The position numbers were made by a program, and so were the translations under genes. This document shows, in pieces, positions 26,901 to 40,953 of a DNA stretch of 64,000 nucleotides (the stretch's first letter is position 1; the number at the start of each line of letters is the position of its first letter). The stretch comes from Marsupella aquatica (Eukaryota > Plantae > Marchantiophyta). The DNA is taken from NCBI GenBank assembly GCA_973895155.1, contig OZ316898.1, positions 18,177,292 to 18,241,291 of the forward strand. Reading direction: 5' to 3'. The notes under the pieces were generated by a model. The model made no database searches, was not told the DNA's origin, and was given only the letters and a program-made list of their open reading frames with translations.

Positions 26901-29900
26901 CAGTTGTAATGTCAGAAGAAGAACGTAGACGAACTTGAATTAGCGTCTTCCTTCGCTGCAGGCAGGCATTGTGATCCGTAGAAACTGTCATGGGTGGATT
27001 CATTTGAGACTGCTGGTGCGGCGGGGGTACCTCGGGGAACTACAATGTGATCTCCTCGATATGAATCAGACTCCAGAATCTAATAATTCTAATTGGCACT
27101 TGCAGCATGCGTAAGCCCAGCAGATTCCAATGCGGAGGAGACTTTGAACACCTTGAAATATGCTAACCGAGCAAGGAATATACAAAATAAACCAACCGTA
27201 AGTGTTTACTACGATCTGATTCCACTATTGAGACGGTCTCATTCCGACAAGAGTGTTTGGCGCTTTCTCTTCATTCTAGCCCGGCAGTGATTCCACGATT
27301 TCCAATGTTTAAATCAATTGGAGAGCTTTCAGATTGGCGATTTGATCGCCTAACACACATTATGTGATTGTGTGCAGATCAACCGTGATCCGATGGCGGC
27401 AGAGATGTCTAGGATGCGGCAACAATTAGAGTTGATGCAGGCTGAACTTCTCTGTTCTCGCGCTGGCTCAGCCCCAGAGGAGGTTCAAGTAAGTTGGGAG
27501 GATGAGTCAGTTTTGAATTGTCGAGGTTTAATATGTCTGTAAAGCATCTTTGGGCACATTAGCTGATAGATTAATTTGCTGTTTTGTACCATGCAACAGT
27601 TGCTGAAGCAGAAGATAATTTGGCTCGAAGCTAGCAACACGGATTTGCGGCAGGAGCTTCATGAAGCTCGGAACTCGATGCAGGGACTTGCCCAGCAAGC
27701 ACTTGACGCGAGGGTATGTGAAAGGCGTCTTTATTATCCATGCATGCTGATTCTTTGATGTCTATTCAATCTGAAGTGAAGTAGTGCGAACAAATATGGG
27801 AATTGCACGAACTATATCTACTTGCGAACATGGTTTTGTTGCAAAGCTGATTTGTCAACTTGGCCTAAGTACCTGAACTCGTTCGTCCCTTGCCTGGAAT
27901 GCCTAGAATTTATGGCCTATTAGGATGGAACCTCAAGAATTACACGCGTCTTACAGGTGCAGCAAGATAAATTCCGCCTGAAGCTTGACAAGCTTCGTGC
28001 CGGAAAGACGTTTGCAGAGATCGACGATGAGGACGATTCTGAGGTCAGTGTTAGGATATTCTGGTCGTCGTGGCATGCTGCTCGCGGGGTTGAATGATTT
28101 GGCACACAATTTTGCAGTTATCTGGTTACGTTCCTCACCTTCACGGGATTCTTACTAAAAAATACATCGCGATAGTCATTCATGCCTTTGACGTTTCCGT
28201 TGCAGACTGAAGACCTTTTGAAGGAGCATCTTAAGCGGATTCAGGAGCTCGAAACTGAATTGCTTAAATTCCAGCTCTCCAGAGCGTCGTCTAGACCACA
28301 ATCTGCACTTTCTGCCCTCACCCTTGGAGAAGTGGATACCATGTCGACAATTTCTGGATATACGGACATCACTAGCAGCGACGTGCCGAATTTAGATACA
28401 GATCTTACTTCAGACTCAGGTACTCTTTCTCAGCCCGGCGGGTGCTGTAAGACAGGTGTAGACAAATGAATACCCGCAGCAAAGATTTATTTCTACTACT
28501 GAACCGCTTGTAAGGAGTGAAAGCAAGCTTCGCTAAACGTGAGTACCTTGGATGGCAGTGTCTGTTGTCGCAGAAGATCAGGCTAAAGAATGGGAACATA
28601 GGGTGCTACAAGAAAATCTCGACAAGGAGCTACAGGAGCTGAATAAACATCTGGAGCAGAAAGAAGTAAGCCTAATATATCCGTTAATGCCGTTCATTCG
28701 AATTAGAATGGTTTCACTTTGAATATTAAATTTGTGACTCATCTTCAATATATGAAGCTTCTCACTATTATTTGAAGTGAAAGATGGTGCCCTCTAGGAT
28801 CCAAATAGGGTACCGTATAGGCTAATTCCCTTCTTTTAAGTCCTCACACTGAATACTGAATACTCAATTGTGGTTTTCTTTTTTGTGGACCATTAGGCGG
28901 AGATGAAGACCTTTGTACGGTCGGATACGATTGTCCTCAAGCAACACTTTGAAAGAAAATTGGTGGAGCTCGAGGAGGAGAAAAAACTGCTGCAGGTACG
29001 GTTGACTAATTATCTTGAGGTCTTGTTTCTCCTACACATTCTCTTCAGAAGGACATTTAACTGTCCCCTGTAGGTTCGCCTCATGGCCCTATGAAATTTA
29101 TACTTCGAAGTTACTGATACAGGGTATTCTAGACTTTTTTATCTTAATGGAGTGAGAACGATATACATGCCATGGCTTTGTCTCCTTTGCGAAGTTGCCT
29201 CTTTTCAGTATTTTCATGTCTTAAGAACTTTTAGAGGCTCGAATGCAGTCGTTATACATGCGCAGACATGTCTAAAAAGGTCAAATAAGCAAAATCACTT
29301 TTGTGGGAGTGCAGAGAGAGCGAGACAGGTTGGTCACAGAACTTGAGAAGTTGGCTACCACCTCAGATGAGCAAACCCATAAGATGCAAGAAAACTATGT
29401 CCAAAAGCTCAAAGATCTGGAATCTCAGGTGCATATCTGACCACAGCTTGCCCCCAAAATTTGCAAAACGTTAGTCGCGGTCGTGAAACTTTGCAAGGAT
29501 GGTCATTTCAGTATATTGGTTTTTTACGTAGGGAATGCAGTGATGTAGTTACGTCGACTTATATTCTGCTGTTACCTTCATTGTCATAGATTACCGACCT
29601 GAAAAAGAAGCAAGAGAATCAGTCTCAGCACCTCCGAGCTAAACAACGTGCGGACGAGGCAGCGAAGCGCTTACAAGAGGACATTCATCGCATCAAAACT
29701 CAGAAGGTTCATGACTTGAATTCTCAGTCTCCTCGAGTTGACGTTGTGGTGCTCAACACTACAACTGGCTGGATCGAAGAGAGGGGTTATCTGTAAGATG
29801 TGATTAACTGGTCTGACCAGAAATAGTAAAGGCACTCCTACTCCTTTGGTTACTGCTTTCGATGTCGAGCGGACTGAATCAAACCGTCTTCATTTATGAG

Positions 29901-32900
29901 TTCAGGTCCATCTGCAACAGAAGATTAAGCAAGAATCCGAACAATTCCGAGCGTGGAAGGCATCTCGTGAGAAGGAGCTTCTCCAGGTCTCCCATGAAAC
30001 CCCAACCTCAGAAAGTGAACAGTCGATTCATTTACTGTGTAGCTTTGATTAGTTGCAGTCAAGGCATCAATACGCAGGTCTCATCTGCCATGGAGGCCCA
30101 AATGCGTCTGGTGGACTTCCTGAAAATGCTGTAGCAACTTTTATTCCTTGACTTGGGTGTGTGTTACTAAACTGGACCTTTGTATACAGTTGAAGAAAGA
30201 AGGGCGGAGGAATGTGTACGAAATGCACAAGCTTCAAGCTCTGCATCAGCGCCAAAAGCAGGTCGGGTTTTGCTTCTCTCGTGTGAATGTAATTTCCTGT
30301 TGCGGTCAGTATTGTCTAAGATTGAAAAGTTGCAAATATTCCTTACAAGTGCAATTTTCTGGTCTTCTCCAGGTTTTACAGCGAAAGACTGAGGAAGCTG
30401 CTGTGGCGACGCGGCGCCTGAAGGAGTTGCTTGAGGCACGCAGATCACCTCGGGACACATCTGGACATGGTCAGATAATTGCATCATCCGTATAGTTTAT
30501 AAGAGTCGTTCGTTTTTCTTTAATTGTGTTTCATCCAAACAATTCCGATTAGCTGTGGTCTTCGATTATCTAATCATACTCACGTCTGTTTGTCTACGCA
30601 GGAGCTACAGGCTTTACGCAGGTAAATTTCTTGGCCCTCTTGAGATTATGAATTTGTTAAATTTTTGAAGCACTAGGATGTAAGGACTGGACAGAACAAT
30701 GAGTTCCCTCTCAATACAGTTTGTTAATCTGATTTCCGTTATGGTACGTACTGGCTTGCAGAACAATGAGAAGTCCCTTCACCAGTGGCTGGATCAAGAA
30801 CTAGAGATGGCTGTGCGTGTCCATGAAGTTCGGTCTGCCTATGACAAACAGATGCAGGAGTAAGAATTGTTTCTTTTCGTACTCGGCTCTTTCTTTAAGT
30901 CTTGTGTGTAAAATCTTTGCATCTTGTTTGGAGGTAAATGGATCATCGGGAGTCGATTACTGAGAAGGAGTTTGCAAGCTGACTGAGTGAATGCCCTTGT
31001 CGTGCACAGACGGAGTGTTCTTGCGAAGGAACTCGCATCACTCCGAGAAGAAGAAGATTTGCTAAACAGGTAATCTCAGGCGTATTCAGTTTTCACGCTT
31101 TTGGTTTCTGTTTTGTCAGCAGGCAAGGACGCTCATCTGTTGTTTACGTATTGTTGGACTTAGACGCTCGAGTTTCTATGTCAGTTCTACGAACCAAACG
31201 CCGTCAATGTCCCCTGGTGCGAGGAGTGCACGAGTGCGGTTGTTGGAGACAATGTTGAATACTTCTTCAAGCTCCCTGGTGGCCATGGCGTCCCAGCTCT
31301 CGGAGGCTGAAGAGCGCGAACGCATATCAGGTGGTCGGGTCAGATGGCAACACTTGCGATCAATGGGAGATGCCAAGATTCTCCTCCAGGCTGCTTTCGA
31401 CGCTTCGGCACTCTCCAAGTAAGAAAGAACAAACCAACAACTCTCTAATGAGCCTACTAGCCTTAGGATCGATTTGTCTGCTGCTCCTGTCGAATCTCCC
31501 ACCAGTTGCAGGGTGGAAAACCTTAGGCTGGTCGTCCTTTCCGTCGATTTGCTCTGGATTGAAGCTGCTTTGGGTTCTCTGACACGTAATTTTCTAGATG
31601 TCGGTATCGAGATGTTGACGAAGACAATAAAGAGATGAGAGAGAAATTGACGGAACTCGAGCAACTTTTGAGAAAGAGCGAGGCTTGTAGAACGGATCTG
31701 GAGAGGCAACAGCGAACTAGGGATCAACCAGGAGTGTCAACTATCACAACATTTAATATGGTACGGGTTCAGTTGCTTCGGTGGTTTGCGTACATATTAC
31801 TTTGAGGTTTGTTTCCAATCCACCACGGAATTCTCATTTTTGGTTCTAAACACGACCTTTGTACATACTGAACTTCTAAGAAATTCTCTCGAATTGGTAC
31901 CGTGTGTCCAGGCTAGTTTTGATGTTGGAACGAAGAAAGTTGGCGACAGGAAGATGAAAGGGGAAAGGCCTCGCGAAGCAGTCTCAGTACAGACCTCAGA
32001 CCGCGATGAACCTGGAAATGAGGGCCTTCCTTACGACCTTCGCAAGGCATGCTCCTGAACCTTGCTGTCAACCTCGTTTGAATTAGTGTATAAGGCTGAA
32101 TGTATGAACGTCTAGGGACCGAACTTTGTTACAGGAAACATTTGGAATTTGTGGTTGAGTCCTTTGGTTTTGGGGTACGCATGAACGAATGTCTTCTCTA
32201 GAATGGATCTTTGCATGGGTCTCTGCTGGACACAGACTACGGTAGTCCTCTCAGGAAATTGGACTGGTTTTATCGGGGTGTTCCCATTCGAAGTGCAAAG
32301 CCTGCCTCTTGCCAAAATTCAGTGCCCCAGTAAATGGACTCCCGCAAGTGCAAAGAATTTTCTTTTTACCTTTCCTTTTTGCTTCTGAGTTCATCATGCA
32401 CGAGCTTCATTAAAAAATAGAAGGGCTAAATTTACCTTGAACACACTGTCCCTTGCCAATCACCATTACTTTGGCGGGGCATGATGGCAAATGTTGTCCA
32501 CGTCTTTCAACCTCCCGCAAAAAGAGTTCGAGCGCCAAATATGCTCTTCGCGACGCGATGATTGACAGTTCGGAAGGGGAGTTGGACATGGACACTGACT
32601 CCGACGAGGAATGGAGTGAAGATACGGAGAGGCAAGCAGTGAAGAGGAACAGAGCGCTCGCCGGAGGCTTTAGACTTTCCAAATTCCAGTCGTCAAAGTC
32701 CATGTCCTTAGATGCAATGATGAGCACCGGTTCCCCCAACGGACAAATGCATCAGCTCCATAATCAAGAGCAAGAGTCTTTGGGGGTTTCCCGTGCTTCA
32801 TCACATCCAAGCTCAGGTGAGACCGTTCTTGAGGATCATAACGAAGATAAGGGTAAAGAGCCCCGCTTGTACCCGTGCTCCTGCAAGTGTAGTCAGAGTT

Positions 32901-34435
32901 CAGGCTGTAAGACGAAGAAATGTGAATGCAAGGCTGCAGGTGGTCTCTGCGGGACCCAGTGTGGCTGCAGCTCAGTCAAGTGCAACAATCGCGAAGCCGT
33001 GGCGATGGAAGAAGAGCAATCATCGCTGGCCGATCCAATTCAAATGGAAGTGGCACAAGCCGTGGCGTCTGCCGGAGTGGATAAAAACTGCAGACGACTC
33101 CATGACCAGAGTGGGGCCGGCGAACTTGTCCAGGGAGGCGAGTCTCCTATTCACATCGTGACCGAAGAGGAGCATGTAACCAAGAGAGCGGACCGCGAGT
33201 TGGCTGTCCATGGTGCTACGCTCCTCGAGAGTGCGTGGAGGGATGAGCTTCAAGAAACTGCTGATTTGAGGGGGCAAGACGCGGATGCAGGCGATGATGC
33301 CCCAACGAAGAAAACTCGACGTCGTCCTTTGCAGGATATTGGGAACAAGGTTTGTCCCACATTCCATCTCCCCTGCTTAATCTGAACAACTTCATAATTT
33401 TCAGGATTGTAAACGTTCTGGCCAGCCACCTGAGAGATCTGCATTCACCTCGATTTGGTAGCCATGAGTTTTTGACTATCTTCTTCACTAGTATCGACTT
33501 TCTCTTGGTACATGGCTCTAGAAGACTGAGCCACTTTGTGTACCACTGTATTATTTAAGATCAGTGCAGCTTGGATACCTGCATTTGACCTTTGAAGAAA
33601 AGAAGTGGTACGTACTATTACAAAGACTGAACACCTTTAAAGTGTCAGATGGGGTTTTAAGTAATAACGCTACCAATTGGATACATGGACTTCATGTACA
33701 AATAGACTTCTCCAAAATGTGGCCACTCCTGGACGAGAGAGGAAAGTGTAGTCGTCAGTTCTGATTTGCCGAACCCACTAAATGTTCAGAAGCTTTCTTT
33801 TTTGGCCCAGTTTGTGGCCAATCACTTCTACCAGCAAAGGAAACTGGGATTGGAGAATTGGCATCTACCAACAAGGTAGTGTATTGTTCCTAGAGTGTCC
33901 TCTTCAGCCATTTGTTGCAAAACCTTCCTGTCCAAGCCGGTGACGTATGACTGAGTCTCTGAAATTGGTGTGATAGGTTTCTACCAAGGGAAGGACCATT
34001 GCGAAGCAGAGAAGGCAGACGGTCAATATTCAGATTGTTCCAGTGGGACCCGCTCGTAATGTTAGTTCGGGAATTGCTGCGACCACTACTGCTTTGGCTG
34101 CTGCAGCTGTTGCCGCAGCAAATGCGACGAACATCTCTGTTGCAGTCAACTCCAATCCAGCCAACATTTCAACTGCAACAGTTCCGGATATTTTGAGCCC
34201 ACTCAAGCGGCAGCATAGCTTGCAAAGGAGAAATAGCAGTGGGCATACAAGTCCCTGGCGCCTGCGAGAGAACAAGGTTGGAGCTTCAAACCCTGGCATT
34301 GGGGGCAGCTCTGATGAGGCACAGGGAGGGGCTAAGAACACTAAGGCGACTGGGAGTGCGGGTCCTGGAAGTCCTACCTGTCCTGGGCGGGGGACAGACG
34401 GAAAGGAAAACATACAAAGAAACTCGTTTGTGTGA
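23994..34435 (+). CDS. KIN4C: Kinesin-4 family motor (KIN4C/FRA1-like); exons 23994-24167, 24738-24884, 25185-25337, 25591-25868, 25982-26169, 26410-26534, 26757-26793, 27106-27197, 27378-27488, 27600-27713, 27957-28043, 28206-28419, 28559-28665, 28897-28995, 29315-29428, 29590-29706, 29906-29986, 30190-30261, 30373-30469, 30602-30621, 30762-30859, 31010-31069, 31185-31418, 31598-31760, 31912-32046, 32525-33349, 33977-34435
   Basis: VKVAVNVRP; P-loop GQTGSGKT; SSRSH; LVDLAGSE; [19 protein letters not shown]; long coiled coil; [11 protein letters not shown]; CXC domain [19 protein letters not shown]; RRPLQDIGN. Confidence 0.93.
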
Positions 34436-35349
34436 GCCATTCAAAATTCTTTTGATATTCAAAGCTCGGGTCGTGTGAGAACGGGGCGACTAATAGCTCT
34501 CAGTAGTGTAAAGCACCCACTTCTTCTAACATTCAAGTCAGGTTATCTGGCACTTGTAAACACTTAATGTTTCCTGACGCAGGGCACTGCCAAACAGTGG
34601 ATTTGTAATTATGAGCGCCCTGCCTGCAGAAAGAGGAGATAAATTGGGAAATTTATCAGTTCCTTTCTACTCACCTGAAGTCTTCTTTGAAACCACGAGG
34701 CAGAGCGATATTTCCCTGGCGTGTTGGCCAGCGAATCATAGTCCTTAGTTTCGGTGTCTGTTCACAGCGTACCTCTGTCAAATACTCGTTGAGGTGGCCA
34801 GAGTGAACATCTATTGATTAGATAGGTACAGTAGTTCGTCGGACTCTAGCTTGGTTGATCCATGTGTATTTTGAGAAGGTGATTTCTGATGATTTAATTG
34901 GCAAGGGACGAAGGGATACGAGTTAATCTCAGTCCACTGGTTTGCCAGAGTAATCGACTCGACGGACTCGCTGGTTTATTCTCCCGCATCCATGATTCTT
35001 AGCGAGAGTAAAGTTGGAGTGCTTGGAAACCTTATCTGACGCTGAAGAATCTTAAGCTCCATGGCTGTCTCCATCATCGCGTTTTATTAGATGTGAATCC
35101 TTTTGGTACAGTAGTTGCAACTGTCATTGCAGTGTGGGTTTTCGGTGTCGAATAGTCATGAGTGCCTGCGAAAGACATGCCGTACCGAAATGGTGCTTCC
35201 TGAAATGTGATCAAATGTGAGAGTGTGGATTTCATTGCTGCAAACTTACTCTCGATGTGCACCATATCATGAGAAATATTAGATGTGTGGACCTACTGAC
35301 AAGACTATTGATTAACACGTTGTGGCGACTTCGACGAATAGTCTGCACT

Positions 35350-36050
35350 TCGAGTCTGGTGTTGTATCAGAGAATGTTCGTCTGGAGTGACGAGGCTTGT
35401 ATGCATGGTATCGAGACCAGTAATTTCCCTGGTTCAACAAGAAGGATCCAACGTTGTGAATGGGTTCGCCTTCGTTTGAAAAAGTTTCCATCATGGTGAA
35501 CAGCCTTGGTACTGATTCTCCTACCACTTCATATTCGTTCACCTACTGGATCGAATTCGCTTTTGTAGAGTTTAAAGCACGTGATTCTGATAGTTTCTAC
35601 AGGCCCAGGTGCTTTCACACCCAGTTTGGAGGGCCTTGTGGTGGGACTGTTCTGCAGGATGATCGTCAGCTCGCTTTAGCCTTTCGCTTCTTCAAGGCCA
35701 AAAAACGAGGTTGGACATTTCGAAGGTCTTCCACTTCCTCAGTTTCAACCATGTTCACTACTCTACCATGCCAATTTTTCAACCCACAGTGAAATTGGGT
35801 CTTTTGCACAGTTGACAACAAACGGCTCACGATTATTGGGGGAATTTGAATCGCATATCACGAATCCACCACCCGTGCAGAAGAGGCGTGATGGGGAGGG
35901 TTGGTTTAGAGTGTGATCAATCCACGGCCAAGCGAAGAGGTGAGAGTGTAGATTGGTCATAAAGTGGTCCCAAACATTCCACTCGCCATAATTCTTGCGC
36001 TTGCAGAGGTCATCTTTCCTGTCTGAGAAGGCCAAGATATTTTCCGGTTG
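35350..36050 (-). pseudogene. Possible decayed F-box-associated/kelch-like gene fragment
   Basis: WNVWD...RLFCTGGGFVICD...FVVNC loosely recalls plant F-box C-terminal propeller motifs; broken by stops and frameshifts. Weak. Confidence 0.2.
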
Positions 36051-36241
36051 CAGAGAGTAGTCTAGCTACCGTCATCCCCTCTCTGAACACATGGCTATGG
36101 CGTGGTGTTCGAAACTGGAAAATATTGGGTTAGTCTGACAAAAAAGACATTTCAGCTCAAGCACAAATTTCATTAAACAGTGGTAAATGTTGGGTAACGA
36201 CTCTTCCACATTTGGACTCAAAACACAACTTTCATTAGACC

Positions 36242-36490
36242 ACCACTAGCCATCACAAAAACCTGGTTATATCTGGTTCACCATAAATAGTATTCTTTCC
36301 TGCATTTAAAAACCTGGTTATACCTGGTTCACCATAAATAGTATCATTTGCTGCATTTGTGGAACAATGTGGAAGGGGAGAGGAGAAGAATACCACTAGC
36401 CATCACAAAAACCTGGTTATACCAGGTTTCACCATAAATAAATATACTTTCTTGCATTTGTGGAGCAATATGGAAGGGGAGAGGAGAAGA
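36242..36490. repeat. Local tandem duplications
   Basis: aaaacctggttata...ggtt(t)caccataaata x3; atNtggaaggggagaggagaagaat x2. Confidence 0.8.
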
Positions 36491-39400
36491 ATGAAAGGAA
36501 AGTGAAAAAGAGAGAAAACTTGGACACATCCCTCTTTTATATGGCTAGTAGCAAGTCAGTGTGGTTTTCAAATTTTGACTCTAAACTATTCTATGATACG
36601 TACAAAAATACAAATTCATGAATCAGTGACAATACAATTTTCACATTTTTTTTTGTTATTTAAAATACGCAAATTCACAGCAGTGCCGAGTGTACTCCAC
36701 ATTAGTTGTCCGCACAAGTGTAGCCCAGCATTAGTGGTCGTCCTTGCGAAAAGTGAGGTTCTGAACTTACCCTTCATCAGCCAACTACTATAATTTTTGC
36801 AGAAACCCGCCAGGTTCACAAGAGACTTTAGCACAAGACTGGGCACTTAGAAAAATTGGACGTCACTCTCTTTTCACCTAAATGAAAAACGGGGAGGTGG
36901 GCAGCCTCTAAGAGTGGAACCCAAGCCTTGTAATAAATGAATTTCCAGAAACCATCATCATAAATACTTCAACTGGCTGAGATACACCACACACTACATA
37001 AGCCAAAATTCAAAAATTCTGGGGTGGGTCAGGGGCAGCATATAAGTGTGGGATCCAAGGGGTTGTAAAAAATGAGTTTCCCATCAAGTGTCATCCTAAA
37101 TCTGCCAGCTGGCAGAGATGCAGCATACATTACATAAGCAACAATTCTGAGGTGGGTCCCTTCACTTCCCTTGGCTTCCTGCATGGGGCCACTCACTGAC
37201 TCATTGTGTTCATTTCGTGGGCAAGCCCAGCTCCATATCCACATACCCACATCAGCGTCCATCAGTCCTACTCATTAGTAGCTTTTGCCCAAAAGCGCAT
37301 CTACAGAAGGAACGTGTCCAGTCTTGACTTTATCCTGAAGGACATGGTCACTGGTTTTTTATTATCGGCCAAATTTGTTTCATCCAACATTTGGGCTCGT
37401 CACCTCTACAAAGGGGCAAGAAGTAAAAATAAACCAATTGTCGCACTCTGACTTACGTTTTGGGTAAAAGTTCAGAAAAGTTTTTAGTATTAGTTTTTAG
37501 AGGTGTATGTTTGATGAACCCCCAAAATGAAAAGTGTCATTTGATGGGATCACCCATCAAGTGATCCAGACTATTGATAGCCTTAAATCAATGTACCCAA
37601 AATCTCACTGGACCTATCAAGTACCAATTTTCATTTTGGGGGTCCTTCAATTTTAGTTTTGAGCTATTTTGTCTTTTCTCCTCTCTTCTTCTTTTGCCTC
37701 TTTTTCAATTTTTGGCATTTGTCCTCAGTCTTGGACCTCTTTTGCTCTCCCTTCCTTGCACTTTGCTTATTTCTTTATGTATAAATTATGGTTGCTTATT
37801 TCCTTTCCGTACAACGTCCTGAAAAGTTAGGTCATGTGTTAGCTATGAAATCTGACATCTAGTGCCTCCAGCTAAGGAACTAAGTATGGTGGTCATGGTC
37901 CATGTTGTCAGCGTTCAGATGGACAAATATTATGGGGGAGGTGAGCTGTTCCCATTGCTGGACTTGGACCTTCCCTTTGTTGCGTTTTGGTACGTCCAGT
38001 CTGGTTTTACTGCTCGTAGCCGTATCACAAATGATGGTGTAGATTTTCCAAGCTTTAATAATTTGTAAATCTCACATTGATGCAAATTACTGGTTACAAT
38101 ACATTTTTGTAAAATTTTAATGTAAGAAAATGGCTGATCAGGGTCTCAAAAGACAGAATGAGTACTAAGTAATCTAAACTGGGAGCATCATTTAAAAGAA
38201 ATTCCAAGTCCACAAATTCTTAATCTTCTATAATTGGCAAACACTACAATAGAGCTTCAAGCTATAGCTTCTTAATAAAGCACATGGATTTCATAACTTG
38301 TGGAAGTAAATACAGTCCTTATCGACAAGCCAGTAAGGACATAGGTATCCTTGAGATCCTCAAGAAAAGCCCAATAATATAGCAGCGAAATAATCAGATT
38401 CAATCATTCATACAAAAATCCTCAACACAAATATTTGGTCTACCAAAGAAAACCAACTTTAAATGTTTTTATTCAAATTACATGCCTTTTTAGTGCTGTA
38501 AGATTTCCAAAATTTTGCAATTGTCGATGGTTGTTGCTGTTGTTGTTGCTTCTCCGAGGCTAAGAAGTTGAATAATCCAATGTTTATTTCAACCTGCAGA
38601 AACGACAAGTTTACTTTACTCATGCGATTACATCCATAGGAGGCTTAAGAACCACTTTGTGGAATACTCTGTCATTAGTACCTAGTTATGGAAACTGGGC
38701 ACCGATAGTGGACACATGGCAAGCTGTAATACGCATGACTTACCAAATAGTAAAGCCAACAACCTTCATTGAGATCTACATATATCCAAAATTATTGGTG
38801 TCAAATATATTTCGAGCTTCCACCTGCTTTCCCCAACCTAGCAGGCTACATCCCGCCAAGACCAATTAATTACTGTGGTGGATGGGTAGGGAAGCTCATC
38901 AAGCCCTCCATGAACCCAGATGCGGAGGTGCCAAACTGGGTTGCTAAACTCCCTGAAGACCCAGCTGCTTAGTGAGCATTGGTGGGAGTGCTCTAATATT
39001 GGTGAACAGTGTTCACATCAGGTGGTCGGCCAGTGGGGGCCGCCCAGGCCCACGCATGAAAGAGAGAGAAAGAGACAGAGAGGGAGAAAGAGGGAAGAAA
39101 GAAAGAAAAAAGCTGCCACTGGAGCTCCTCCCCCCCCAAAAGAGTTACCAGTTCCCCAAGACCACAATCAAATGCTACTTTTCAGAGTTACTGTATGGAG
39201 TGAAACCTCTAGAAGCTAACTCTAAGATAAGCAAAAATGCGTACTAGAAAACAGAGCAACAATGAACGGGAAACAATAAGAAATTTATTTTTGTAAGACT
39301 TTTGTTTGCCTCATCTCTATTTAAGTTCATGGAACAAGTAATCAGGCCAGAGGGGAGGAAACCCCAGCCAGCCACCCCTAGTCCCAGAATTTCAAAATTC

Positions 39401-39585
39401 TATCAAAAAAGAGTGTAGAGAGTTGAGCTTTGCTAGTCCATTGCCTAGCCCATTGCCTATTCGGGGGCCATGGGTTACTCTATACATGAACTAAACTCCC
39501 CAATGGCGGGACTGGTTAATTGGTCAGCACCGGTGGGAGTGCTCTAAGAGCGGCGAACAGTGTACACAGAGTGTCACCAACGGCC

Positions 39586-39656
39586 AATAGGGGACCCGCC
39601 CATCCGCCAATGGGGGACCCGCCCATCCGCCAATGGGAGACCCGCCCTATGGGCAC

Positions 39657-39692
<36 letters not shown>
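39586..39692 (+). promoter_or_regulatory. 23-bp tandem repeat with GC-box/CCAAT motifs, followed by (GA)16
   Basis: ggggacccgcccatccgccaatg x2.5; GA microsatellite at 39661-39692. Confidence 0.55.
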
Positions 39693-39695
<3 letters not shown>

Positions 39696-40953
39696 GGAGG
39701 CATGGCCATATTACTGTAGTTGGTGGTGGTGTTGTTTTAATGTTGTGGGTATGAATGGGCGTCCTCTCCTCTCCTCTTCTTCCTTCACTCCTTTCTCGGC
39801 TATGAACAAACTCTCCTCCTCCTCTTCCTCTTCACCTCACCCTCTTTCTTCCCTTTGGTGCTTCGTCATCGCCATCGCTGCTCTGTCCACAGTCCCAACC
39901 AGATCGATCGGCCTGTCACTACTCTGTCGTCATTGTTCTGTCATCGAAGCAAGCCGGAAGACGAAGACGACGAGCGCCTGCTTTCGTGCGATCGTTTAGG
40001 TCTCGTTTGTTGTGGTGCATGTTTCTTCCTCAAGGTCATCCGGCAGTCCGAGCTCGATCGCCCAATCTCTCAATCACTCAATCGCTCAATCGCTTCAGCC
40101 AGGAAGAAGAAAACGCAGCAGCAGAAGAAGAAGACGAAGAAGAAGAAGAGAAGAAGAAGAAGAAGAAGGAGGAAAGAAGAAGAGTACATCTGGGAGGAGC
40201 ACGCGAATAGGTCTTGATTGCATCTCTCGTCAGTTGGCAATTGTGTACTTCGTGGGTTTCCAAGGAAGGAAAAAAAAAGGGAAGGAGGGAGTAGTAGCTC
40301 GACTCGGCGGTCGTGGTGTTGACGATTGAGGCTGGGCCTCGCTCGTGTGGCTCGTGCGTGGAGTGCTGACGACGACTCCTATTGCGTGGTAGTGTGAACG
40401 TTCCTTGGCAGCCGCTCGTTGACGTTGATCGTTGCGTCATGATGTTGTTGTTGATGTTGTTGTTCTGTTTAAGGTTTGATGGCTGAATGAATCGTCTGTG
40501 TTTTGTACGGGGCATTGTTGTGGATGTAGAGGTAGGGTCGCGCATTGCTGTGCGGTTGGCTGCAGGACGGAAGGCGAAGGAAACCATAGCTGGGGGCACC
40601 AATTGGGTGTCGTGGGGGTAGACAGGTAACTTTGGGGCTCGATGTGTCCACTGCTCGTGCTTTCCGCGTTGCCATGGCGCGGATTCGTCGCCTGATTGCG
40701 TTCGGAGCTTTGGAATAGTACTCTTTTCGGCGTCGTCGACGGCAGAGTTTGGGAAGATTACGCTCAGTGGCAAGTTCTGATCTCGTCGGTGGTTCGAGTG
40801 AGGTAGTCTTTTCCTTACAGACATATAGGGTTGCGACAGGTAGTGTTCCCTCCGCAGGTGTGTTAAACAGGGAGTTTCCGACGCGTGAGCGTGTTTTGGC
40901 AGAGTTTTGGGAATTACATGAGGTAGGAAGGGAGCAGGAGAAGTGCGGTGACA

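Noticed and set aside
32047-32524. U12-type intron
   Set aside because: No RTATCCTT donor.
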